A stretch of DNA of 63,961 nt, filler included, from Phoronis australis (lineage: Eukaryota; Animalia; Phoronida): NCBI GenBank assembly GCA_002633005.1. It is 3 parts of 3 records of this genome, joined end to end, with 100 filler letters (N's around TTAATTAATTAA, not from the genome) between each part and the next. Parts side by side here need not be neighbours in the genome. Positions count along the whole stretch, not along the records: positions 21,637 to 45,573 come from NMRA01000589.1; positions 45,674 to 63,961 come from NMRA01000839.1; 1 more part is not named here. One strand, 5' to 3'. The notes below the pieces were generated by a model, which worked only from the letters and a program-made list of their open reading frames with translations, was not told the origin of the DNA and ran no database searches. Position numbers and translations under genes: made by a program. Shown piece after piece: positions 34,431 through 46,079 of the stretch (its first letter is position 1; each line of letters starts with the position of its first letter).

Positions 34431-34680
34431 CCGGTTCACGTGATCACAAAGTTTCCCGGATGACATGGACTTTTAACCTATATTTTAGTCAAGTCTCAAA
34501 CCCAGATTCTTTTAAAAAGAAAGATGACATGATAATTTGCAATGTTTGATTCACCTTCTTAAATCAACATGTTTTAAATACTATGCACTAATTATTGGCT
34601 AATTATTAACTAATATCCTCTACTTGTAATAAATAGATGAAGTTTCATATATACCACGTGACTGTCACGTGCTCATGTCA
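34431..34680. promoter_or_regulatory. Putative bidirectional promoter (GAPDH/GPR157) with three CACGTG E-boxes
   Basis: TCACGTGA at 34436-34443, CACGTG at 34655-34660 and 34666-34671, between divergently oriented genes. Confidence 0.5.
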
Positions 34681-36670
34681 ATACAAAGACGGTGAAGGCT
34701 TCATGTCTCGAGCGCTCAGGTTTGATATTTTTCATGTTTTGTTCAGCTAATGCGTAGATGCATGAGGCGAAATTTCGCTACAAGACTCAGTTGTCCATAA
34801 ATAAATAAATGACAGATGCTTGCCAGTCTAGATGTTCTTGCCTTCATATTTGAAATTGTGTCAACGTTGTCCTCGATTTAATAATCTCTTTCAGAATTCC
34901 GAGATCCAGACTCCACCCATGGCCAGGAGCAGGTTTTCAACTCAAATCGAGAAGTGAAGAAAATTTTGCTGTTTCTATCGAACTTCATACCAGGTGGATA
35001 TTCGAGTGGTTTGAGGACATGGCGGACCATTTCAGCAACAATGATCCTTCTTATGCGGACAGTTAAAATGCGGATTGTTTAATTGTTCCTAAGTTATCAG
35101 CACATGTGACAAATCATGTGAGTGAAGTGTGAGGAGTACAATTACACTCATGTTCTTCCTACAAATAGTTCACAAAATAGTTCACATTATGTGCACCTCA
35201 CATGCCTTCATTTTAAATATAGTCTCACAGATTTTCAGTAATTGTAATTCCAAGGCTGTATTTTAACCTGTTCACCTGATTTGGATAAAAAATAAGAAAT
35301 GAATTATTTTTATACTAGCATATAAAGGCAATAGTGACAGTCAGTTACATGGGTCCTGAATTTTAAGAAATTGTTTCTTAAAATCTCAGACTTATGTAAG
35401 CAACTATATATATATATATATATGTATTGATCACATTTGTTTCATCGTCAAATAATTCCGTTAACAGCAAGACCATTGAAACCATCAGCAACAAAGGAAA
35501 ATGCTTTATAGATTGTGGAGATGTTAAAAGCCTGAAATTGCACATTCAAAACTGCTGCTCTTTCGGATTAGTTAAGACTTGAGTTGCTAATGGAAATGGA
35601 AACTTATCATGGCATAAGAGGCCAATTTTATGGGAGTAAAAGCCCTCATCCGTTTTTTGTTGTCACCAGGGCAAGATGGAGCTTCATATGATGAAATCAG
35701 CAGTGAAAAACAATTTATGTGACTGTATGTTGTAAAGAATCTCATTGCCAGGCATGAGTTGTCTTGGTGTAGAGGCGAGAATCTCATGAAAATGTAAGAC
35801 CATGCAAGACTCGACCAGCTGAGATATTGCCATGCACAAGTGAAGCAAGTGGTCATTCACACTAGCTTTTTTGTGAAATTCTTGTGTGTACAAAACTCTA
35901 CCCAGCTTCTCTCATTCAGTGTGTGTTAATTGCTCTGTTGATTGGGCTTCCAAAATGGAGTGCTCTGTCCAAAGCTTTTATTCAGCTGATTAACAATCGT
36001 TTACCATTTACCACCACAATCCATCTGCGCTCTTAGATAATTATCTTAATCCTGATAAAATTGTATTCCACAGGCTCTGCTTGGCTATTAGAGATAAATA
36101 ATGGAAATATGAAATTTTTCAAAGTGGCGAATTGCTATTTTGAGTGGAGTCCTTTGCCAAATGCTGAAGATGCCATGGGGTGTCCTGTCTTTCATTTTAG
36201 AATTGTAAAAACTAATGAGAATCAAGTTCAAAGCACTGGTAGGTCTAAGATGCTGTAAACGGCAGGATGCAATTGCATTTTCAAGGGAAATGACTTCATA
36301 AACCCTAAAACGGCATGGTAGCTGCATTTTTATGGTCATGTCCCTGGGGGCATTGTCCCCCCTAAGCATTTCTACTGCTTATCAGGCCATTGTTAGGAGC
36401 ATGTTAGAGAACACGCACTTGGAGCAATAAGCTTTCAGGAACACTCAACAGATGGAGTCGTGTGTTATCAAGGGTTTACACCAGTCCTATCTCGGTATAA
36501 ATTGCGATAACTTATAACGTTACCTCATGAATAGTTATAGTACGATAGCTGTATGCTGTTGCAACATGACCTTGACATGAATCTTTTTTTCAGACCACTT
36601 GTTTGGCTGTTATCAAGAGAAAGCAGGCTGCGCTCAACCATTGTTTATCATCCGTTTCATTTTATGAACT

Positions 36671-39600
36671 ATGGGAAATTATACAATCGCGGTTGGTGTC
36701 GTCGTGGTTACACAACTTTCGTGCTACTTGTCAATGATTGGATCCTTTCTCATAATATTGACTTACGTGCTATGGAGGGACATCAGGACATCTTCAAGAC
36801 AGCTTCTTGTATTCCTGTCTATATCTGACTTCATCACAGCAATGGGATATGCATTTGGAAGCATTATGAACTTGGTAGAATCAGGACACGATGACTCATC
36901 AGGCAATTCACCCCCATGGTGCATAGCTGAGAGTGCTATAGCAAACACAGCTCAAATGATGTCGTTCTTCTGGACACTTTGCATTGCGATATTTTTATAT
37001 TTAACAATTGTTAAAGGCGGCATTAAGAACATCAGGGGGTACAAAATTGCATTCCACATCGTCTCGTGGGGTGTACCAATTATAATAATGTTTGTAGCAG
37101 CATCGAATGACATGCTCGGAGATGATGAGTCACAGACATCTGTTGGATGGTGCTGGATACGAGTTGGTGATAGTGGCTATGGTTCAAACGAAATATTGTG
37201 GATGCTCCTTGTTGGTAAAGGTTGGGAAATTCTGTCCTACTTCATTCTGCCAGTTATTTACTTGCTGATCAAAGTCCACATTTGGAAAACCGTAAGTATC
37301 ATTTTTATGTGAACGAAACACCTCAATTTCAGTACATGCATGTGAACACCTGAAATTTACAATATTTTCGAACCCCGATTCCCTCATTTTTAAGCCTTCT
37401 CATGAACCAGTACTTGTGATTGCGAGGTTTTCATGGCCACATGCACCAACTGAGATTGACAAATTACTGTACTCGTTGTTGGTTTGTAACACTATTTATA
37501 ACAGTACTGAAATTCTGACAACTCGACTGTAGATACCTAAACCGTGTCAGCTAATGATTGCTGCTGTCACCATTGAGCAATTGATATTTTTCCAGGATAG
37601 TTCTTGGTTAAAAAGTTTGTTCAATGCTCTCTTTTGGCCATTTTCCATGTGAATTTTCAGTTTTATGACATGTAATAGACAAGTTTATTCACATGTGCTT
37701 TGTGGTCTTGATTTAAAGTAAGAATAATTTCCCAATGGCATTTAAACGTAAAGCATTTGTGAATGAGGAAAAATAAAAACAATCTATGCCTGTATTTAGA
37801 CCAAGAATTCTCAAGAAAGCACAACAATTCAACGTGATACAGTTGCAGCTATGGTAAAAGTGAACCGCAAACTGACTTTCATCCCTCTCGTCTTCCTACT
37901 TCTTCGGATATGGGGCACTATACGGTTCTTCCTCTTCGTCACTCACCAGTCTGTGCAGGAGTCACATCCGAGCCTGGAAACATTTCTTCAGGTCATGCAT
38001 GTAAGCTTATCATAATCACTTGATTCCCAATGTGCATGTATCAGCCAGTGTTGCTTTATAGTTGTCAGTCAGAGGACCTTGATATTTCTTTCTGCTATTG
38101 CTTTTGGTACATAAGATTCAGGACACTGTGCTTGTGCTCCTAAATTATTCAAATTGGTTTTCTCCAATCTCAGAAATTACCAGTGACTAGTTCCAGTGTG
38201 GGTAAAGAACAAGCTTGGCCTAAATAAAAATTGGGTTCGTTTGACTTTACCCAACCGAAATGCTGAAAACCAAGGGACATAACTACATGTAATAGCAAAC
38301 CAGACAGGGGAGGTAAGTCGAGTCAGCGAAGACAACACCGCCGACTCAGAAAACTTTATTGGCAAAACTCCTCTGACTTTTTATTTATTACAAACTGTAC
38401 ATAAAATGCTGTAATCAATTTCACACTGTTGATTGATAGATGACACAGGCCAGTGATGAGTAAGTCTTTACCGGCGACTTGGTTGTTTTGTTACAAAAAA
38501 GTGGCAAAAATCCTTTAACAAAATCTCATACGTGAGTTTTTAATTTCTCAAGACAGCATGGCTCATTGGTTGAGAAATAGTTAGCAAAATTGATGTATGA
38601 AGTTGCAAAATTTTTATTGCCTACCTACCTACCCAGATGTTAAAAGTATAGGGGCGGCTAAGGGCCAACAGAAGATACTATTTTTAAGACTGACCTTGAG
38701 GTCCACTCTGGACACGTGTATGTACTAGGGGAGTCATGTTGAGTTATTTTTGACAGAAGGCGGTTTTATAACATTCTTAAGCCCTATGCAGAGCTAACTT
38801 TGTTGTTTTAGTCCTTGTTTTGGGCGGAACCCTTTGTTTTGGTTTTCAGTAAGGCAGTTAAAGGCGAAGGCAACTTTTTTCCATGTCATTTTGAGCTAAA
38901 ATAAGGTTGGTTGGTTATCCGAGACATATTTTCCACTTAATTATAGCTTTTCGTAATTTTATAAATTACTCGTTCGCTACTCCGGAAGTGACGTTTTAGG
39001 AGGCAAGCGTTTCCCGCCACTTGGTTTTGCGTTGACTTTACCGGGCGAATCTGTTCTATTCTACTTTTGTTTTTTGCTGTTTTTCAACAATTGTCGCCAC
39101 CACTTTGCATCGGCGAGTATTCTGCGGCAAGATAGGTTAGTAGAGAACTCAACTACGTTGGATTTAGGGATTGTTTAGTGTGTTGTAAGCTGAAAATGGC
39201 TGGAGTCGGTGACCCGTATCACAGTGACAGTAGTGTGAGTGACGGAGACCTTGTTCACAGCAGTGGTGACGAGGAATTTTTTCACGGACATTCAGTGGGT
39301 GAGTACATGTTTGAGCCCGAGTATAACGAAGCAGAGTACACACAGGCACAGGTAGCTGTTGAGAGAATCGAGGCGGCTACTGAGGACAGACGTGGTGACA
39401 CATCTTGGTGCAAACATTGCACTGTGTGCGTTGTTATGCCTACCTCAATGGAATGCTTGTGCTGTTCAGAGTTCGACGAGGCCAAGCCACTACTGGACAT
39501 GGTTAAGTGGACCTCCGGCATACCACGCACAGAGGAACAACTGTCCCACTTGCCAGAGTGTCCCGCGACACACTCCCACTGGATGGTGACCTGAGCACCC

Positions 39601-42305
39601 AAACTTCTTACACCGTGTCATGTGACTCCCTCGCCACACACCTGACACCTTCTAAATAGCTCCAACACTTTAGACAAGTCAACAATAAACTTATCAAAGT
39701 TTGGCTCACCGATCTGTTCACTGGACGACGAACTGTCCTCTTCACTGGGTGTCGAACTGAGCCTGTTATCACTCCCACTAATCAATATCACTGCAGGGCT
39801 GCTTAGAGGCTCTGGGGTGGAGAAAACAGCACAGGACGAATCACTACTGGTTCCAGGAATTGCACGCTCTGGGGTACGTTCGGAGGCACGGGTGACAGTA
39901 GATGAAGTACAATGTACCTCCAGTGGCTCCAGTCACTGTACTGGCCACAGCTCGTGAGGCTTTTCGCTTCAAAAATGCACTTCTCGGGAGTGGCGACGGG
40001 GCACTGCCGGGAATCAACACAGACGGAATGGCATCCTTCTTCACACGTTGTTTCGCAGGGACCTTCATCAGTTCAGTGTACAAATCTCTTTCGTAATCGG
40101 ACGGCAGAAAGTGCTTGCCACACACACGGTAATTCTCCACTGCTTTATACGTTGCGTGGACGGGTAACGCTGCGTTCTTCACACGAACGAGCCAAGTACG
40201 GCGAAGTGTGTCATCCATCGGAAAGCGATGCAAAGGTACTCCCAAAGCGCACGTGAGCCCATAGTTAGAACATCCTGGTACGCACCAACAGTGTGGCATG
40301 TTGACTGACTAGTAAATGAAAGCAAACGACGACGGAACTTAACACAACCGAGGTAGAACAATGACTGACTCGGCAGCTCTCACAGTCAGACTATATGAAA
40401 AGAAATTGGCGCGAAATGCTTGCCTCCTAAAACGTCATTTCCAGAGTAGCGGACGAGTAATTAACAAAATTACGAAAAGCTGTAATTAAGTGGGAAATAT
40501 GTCTAGGATAACCAACCAACCTTATTTTAGCTCAAAATGACATGGAAAAAGGTTGCCTTCGCCTTTAAGAAGTGTTCCTTATTACATAAACACATAACAG
40601 CACACACTGAAGAGGTTCATTGGTTGCTTCAACATGGTTGATCGAATCACTGAATCCTAACTCGATTTTTCCCATTTTGAAGTTCAAAATTTTGGCTTTG
40701 GCCTAATCAGTGCTGCGTGACTTCAAGTATTCCAGAAAACAATTTTTATCGACATTCCTTGAAACTCAAAGTGCTATAATGCGTTTTTTGTTGGCGTCCG
40801 TCAAGAGAAGAGTGAGTGCACTCAGCTTATTCTTCCTCCTTGGGTTATGTAGGACGTTACAAGTCAAAATATACAGAACTCAATTTCTCAGTATCCAAAG
40901 AAGTAACTCAGTGTAAAAGTGCAAACATTTTCAAAATAAAAAGATAGGCATTTATAGCAGAACTCCACCAAACATTGGGCAAATTGCTTGCCAGAAATGC
41001 TTGCGAGTTTTGTTGGGCTTTATTGTTGTATAAAATGGCATTTTTGTTGTATGAACTTATGTGACGATTCAATGCAAAGATATTGTACATACCCACTGAT
41101 TTTTTTGTAAATGAGCTTGTGGGGTAAGTCGTCAAATTTTTGACGAAGTGAATGGAGCAACACATGTCATGAGTTTGTCGAGATTAAGCTTGAACTGAGG
41201 TGTGTTCTCAGTCGTCAAAAAACAATGTGTCATTGTGTATAGATGGAGTTGTTTGTTTTGCATCTACAACATCTGAGGTATCCTGCTGACTAGTCTCCTC
41301 AGCTTGCTTGACGTCGTCTGACAGAGTTGTGCTGTGTCTCTCACTGAACATTTCACTTTTTATTCTGATAGTTGTGTCCTGCCATTTCCCATGCCTGGGG
41401 ATGGGTTTTTCACAGTGCATCTCAACATCGTGGAGTTTCAACATTGTCCAGTTCATTTTTAAATTTGTAAACTACTGTTTGTAAAAAAGCGAAGTGTCAG
41501 AAAATATGACAAAATCAACATGAAATTGATTATTTAGTGATTTCTTCATTTTCATAAACAAATTTTGAGTTTTTATCAAAAAACGAATTCAAAATATAGT
41601 TTTTTCAAAGTAGATTAAGGCATTTTGCTTAGAAACATTAAATTTTGTACATATTAGGCCATGATTGAATTCAATAACGGTGTCTCAAAACTTTGAAATA
41701 GGAATTAGTTTAGATTTCATATTTTTTAAAAAATTAGGACAATGTCACAATCTGCAAATAGGTGTTAAAATTTATCAATTTAAAACTAAATGCTTAATTT
41801 AACTGTTTTACATTTCAAGCATTTATTAACAACATTTAGTGTTTTTAAGAAATGTATTCGTCTTTGGTGAATATTGTGTTCTGATATTAATTATTTGTTA
41901 AAACTTCGATTTTTACAGCTGAAATTATTTGCTCTTTCCAGAATGTGTATTTTTTGAGATTTACACCTCCAGTAAATATTGATAAGAATTGACTCTTTGT
42001 GTTGAAAAATCAACTATTGCTTAAAAATTTATTTCTGTTGTTGATGCCTCGACATAAAACAATGTATTCAATTTTCCTACTATTTCCAGGGTATTGGTGA
42101 CACATTTCAAGGCGGAGCCAATTGTATTATATTCTGCGCCTTTACACAGTCTGTCCGACGACACATTATTGAAGCATTCAGGAATCACTGCTGTGTCAAA
42201 AGGGCAGAGAGTGTACCTGCTGATGAGGAAACCCATTTAATATATCATAGAAATAGTATTGAACCTTTGACAGACGTGTCGCGATCTACATTTCGCATTC
42301 CGTGA
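36671..42305 (+). CDS. GPR157: GPR157-like (cAMP-receptor-like) seven-transmembrane GPCR, 3 coding exons, 345 aa
   Basis: Exons 36671-37291, 37800-38000, 42090-42305 (phase 0, GT-AG). Motifs RQLLVFLSISD, SFFWT..IAIFLYLTIV, FHIVSWGVP, SVGWCWI, WMLLVGKGWEILSY, KLTFIPLVFLLLRIWGTIRF, GIGDTFQGGANCIIF. Confidence 0.93.
39196..39505 (+). pseudogene. Truncated KolX-like / P2X7 ballast-like Cys-rich protein
   Basis: EYMFEP...RRGDTSWCKHCTVCVVMPTSMECLCCSE matches the WCxCxxCxxMxxxxExxCCxE zinc-binding pattern. It ends where it meets the opposite-strand transposase. Confidence 0.7.
39500..40299 (-). pseudogene. THAP-domain Kolobok transposase, N-terminal part (frame break, internal stop, no catalytic domain)
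   Basis: THAP: CVPGCSN...LHRFP...WL...RVCGKHF...DAIPSV. A second frame gives KFIVDLSKVLELFRRCQVCG..*..GAQVTIQWECVAGHSGKWDS, with TGA at ~39618-39620. Confidence 0.8.
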
Positions 42306-42454
42306 TGTGAGTCAAGTACTACATGGTTCACATGCACAGGTAATCGAGGGCATCCTTTCAAATAATGCAATCTGGGCCATTGGCACTTAGTTAGGTCCAT
42401 GTTCCAAAGTTATGCGTTTTTTCCAAAAAAGTCCAATATTCTAAACGTATACAC

Positions 42455-42628
42455 ATGCACCTGAACAATGCAAATGCACCTAAACAATGCAAATGCACCT
42501 GAACGTGCAAATGCACCTGAACATGCAAGTGCACCTGAACATGCAAATGCACATGCACCTGAACATGCAAATGCACCTGAACATGTATTCAAAAGCGCCT
42601 GAACATGCAAATGCACATGCACCTGAAC
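42455..42628. repeat. 18-bp minisatellite (ATGCACCTGAACATGCAA)n
   Basis: About 9 visible tandem units just downstream of the GPR157 stop. Confidence 0.9.
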
Positions 42629-42847
42629 TCCTGTTCACACTTGGTCAATTGTCTGCAATGTGTCTGTAACTGCTCATCCTCGCGACGGGTAGTTGCTGCG
42701 TCTTTTACTGTTTACACTTTGCGATTCAATTTATTTGCATAACATATCAAAGTTATGACTGGATTTGCGCGATAGCTTGTCAACCAATGCGAGAACTTGT
42801 GAACACTTCAAGCATTTGGCATAGCCTCAAATGTAGCCTTAGGTGTT

Positions 42848-43510
42848 TTAAATGAATGAAAGCCAGTAAAGATCAAAATGGAGTGGCCAATTGATGGAAA
42901 ACAACAAATTTAAAGCTAATGTCGTGGAGTGTGGAAATTCTACCATCAGACAATGTTTCTGTGAAATTGTGGGCATTCAAAACAATGTTAGAACCTTTTA
43001 AAAATGAAAAAGATGAATTCTGGCAATCATTTTTGTCCTAAATTGGTGAAATTTTACCATATAGCTAATGAGGAGGTTGACATGCATGTAAGCATATATT
43101 TGGCCATTGGCATATTTTTTTTGTTTTGCCTATTTTATTAAAATTTTCACCCAAATGTGGGGACAGTTTGCCCCCCCNTTAAATGAATGAAAGCCAGTAA
43201 AGATCAAAATGGAGTGGCCAATTGATGGAAAACAACAAATTTAAAGCTAATGTCATGGAGTGTGGAAATTCTACCATCAGACAATGTTTCTGTGAAATTG
43301 TGGGCATTCAAAACAATGTTAGAACCTTTTAAAAATGAAAAAGATGAATTCTGGCAATCATTTTTGTCCTAAATTGGTGAAATTTTACCATATAGCTAAT
43401 GAGGTTGACATGCATGTAAGCATATATTTGGCCAGGGGCATATTTTTTTTTGTTTTGCCTATTTTATTAAAATTTTCACCCAAATGTGGGGACAGTTTGC
43501 CCCCCCCCCC
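42848..43510. repeat. ~330-bp direct duplication around a single N (likely haplotype overlap artefact)
   Basis: 42848-43177 and 43179-43510 are near-identical and separated by n at 43178. Confidence 0.85.
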
Positions 43511-45573
43511 ATTGTTGCTCCTCACATTCAAGCAACGATTACGTAAAATTTGGGCAAAACAAGAAAATATTGAACTGTCTGCTTTTTCCAAGCCCACATG
43601 AGAAACCATTTCTCATCTGAGCTAGGAACAACCTTACCTTTTATGGTGGCAAGTGGTTTAAACGAAAAATTTGTTTCTTTTTGTGTTTGTAGCAAATATA
43701 CCAAAATTCCCTCACCTGTAACTTTGAAAGGTTGGTTTTGCTGCATTCACATAAAAGTGCAGAGAGCCTAATTCTGCATCTTGATACGACTTCTTATGTA
43801 AGCACATGACCCTAAGTATATGCATATATGATACAATCGAATTGCATTATGGGGCCTGTTCAAAAGGTGCATGGAAGTTTAACATAACAATCTACATAAA
43901 GTGTTACTGGCTTGAGACTTAAAAGTGCCATAAGCCAGTTAACATTATATAGTTCATGGGTGGCTATAGCCCCCCCCCCCCCCNCATTCAACACTCGCTT
44001 TTCACTTGCATTGTTTTGCTAAGTCTTGCAAGGTCTTGCTTTTCTCCTGGGAAACAGAATATGCTCTCATTCATAGTAATGTAATTCAACTGTATCTGAA
44101 ATGAGTGACATTGCATTGTCTGCAAGCTGATAAATATTTTTGCAACTTAATACATTGGACAAAAATAGGTTCTTATGTAGGAATGTGCGTGCTATGTTGG
44201 TATGTTGAATGTTTTACATTAATTGCTCTAGACTCTGTAATTCTTCTCCAGAGCACCCAGAGAATTCCTACAGTACTTATGTTATAAAATATTATTTCTC
44301 GCTAAAAGTGAAAGATTCAGAAAATCTCAGTTTACTAGCATGGCATGAAACAGCTGTTGTAGAACAACTGATCAATTGGTTATTTGTAGTAAAGCAGTGT
44401 GAAGCTTTTGCGGTAGAAAAATGTAAACTTTGACAATTTTGCAGTGTAAAATAACTGTCTGAAGAATTACTGTTGATATCTTAATTGTGAAATTCGCTTA
44501 TAAGTAAATTATAGTGTCTGCAAGGCTAAAATATTTGGTTAATATGCTTTTTGATTGTTTGGAAAATTGATAGCCCGAATGGGTATTTTTAGTTGTTTAT
44601 TGTTTCCAAAAAATAATAAATTCTCATATCAGCTAAAAGGTATTAGGGAATATGATGTTTATGAAATATCCTTTATAGTTCCCGACTTATAGTGCAATAT
44701 TCCTTTCTTTAAATTTAAAATTTGCAGAAGTAAACTTTGACAGGTGTTTAAATTTGAGTAGGCTTTTGTGGCATACACTGTATGGGCGATGTTAAGGGTG
44801 CCATGCTTATTTATAGTATGTACAGGCGCATATCTTGGGTGCACAAAACTGTTGAGGGTCTTACCCATAACTAGAGAAACGAGTTTATATTTTTTATTGG
44901 GGAGCTTTTACATATTACGTCATCCAAAATTCGCACTTTCTCTAACTCCCTTCCCCCCGTTATCGCAGCCAACCCCAACTCTTTAGGCAATGATGGGTTG
45001 GGTCTGTCGTTTGCCTGTATATGTTTATAAGTGAGGTACGCCGCTAGTGAAATATGCCATCAAATCTTGGAAGTGCTAAACGGCAGGTCCCCTAGGTCAG
45101 TGAACCAGTTTCCTTACGATATGTAAAGTGATGGAACTATTCCAAAAGCGCATGATGATGTCACCATGAGGGTAACCACACCAGCCCCCCGCCCTCTCCA
45201 AAGCCCGGCCTCCCCTCGGAGTGATGACGTTTTGTGTGAACTCTCCCGCTTACTGCGTTTGACTTGCTGTGCTTCGGTTACTGTTGTTTATAAGCATAAA
45301 TTGAATCTAGTTGGAGGCATTATTTTTTGCTGTTGCGGGTCCCTACGCTACTCAATATACCCGTCGTTTGCGGGTTTTTGAGCACTTGCTATTTTTGATC
45401 ACATTTAAACTTGTTATGTCACAGTACACAAAAAATGGAGCAATTGCGCCCCTTCGGTGGGTTTGTTGACTTGCGCGCACCCAGTCTTCAATATAGGGGA
45501 CTCGAATTCCTAACGTTGTTGACCATTTGGTAACAAAAAGGCGGGTGGACTAAAAAAACGGGGCGCCACTGTG

Positions 45574-45673
45574 NNNNNNNNNNNNNNNNNNNNNNNNNNN
45601 NNNNNNNNNNNNNNNNNTTAATTAATTAANNNNNNNNNNNNNNNNNNNNNNNNNNNNNNNNNNNNNNNNNNNN
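45574..45673. other. Artificial scaffold linker N44-TTAATTAATTAA-N44
   Basis: Identical to 21537-21636. Confidence 0.97.
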
Positions 45674-46079
45674 CTGAGTGGTTACAGTATTTTTGAAGCA
45701 CGTCATTTATTAACTGTACAATCCATTTGTGGCAGTTCCAAAGCTGGTAGAACACTTGAAAAGTCAGTAAAATGTAAAGTGTTTTACCGGCTTCAGCATT
45801 GTCTCGTTTTATCTGGTCTCGACACATGTCACTGCAAACTATTTGTGTCAGTTTATTCATTGAATGAAGTTTAATAGATCAGTATGACCTCACTCTCCAA
45901 TAATAGGAGTTTTGGGATATCTTTTATGTGGGGTATTTTTGTCTGGGGATCAATGTTCACATGGCGACTTTCTGTTTCTAATTGAGAACTTATTTGTATT
46001 ACCGTGTTCATCCGCACACAAAGTTTTTCCCCTGACACATCTAGCGGGCAGATGATGCGAGAACTTTCTTGCATTTCAG

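Larger units (their letters stand above)
38862..40564. mobile_element. Internally deleted Kolobok DNA transposon in a GPR157 intron
   Basis: TTAA TSD (38858-38861, 40565-40568). ~158-bp TIRs starting AGGCGAAGGCAAC (38862-39019 / 40407-40564). Two convergent truncated ORFs. Confidence 0.9.

Noticed and set aside
42391-42669. Repetitive ORFs (VHLHVQ)n / (HLNMQM)n
   Set aside because: Translations of the 18-bp minisatellite.
42848-43510. Apparent biological tandem duplication
   Set aside because: The copies abut a single N and differ by allele-like changes, typical of an unmerged haplotype overlap.
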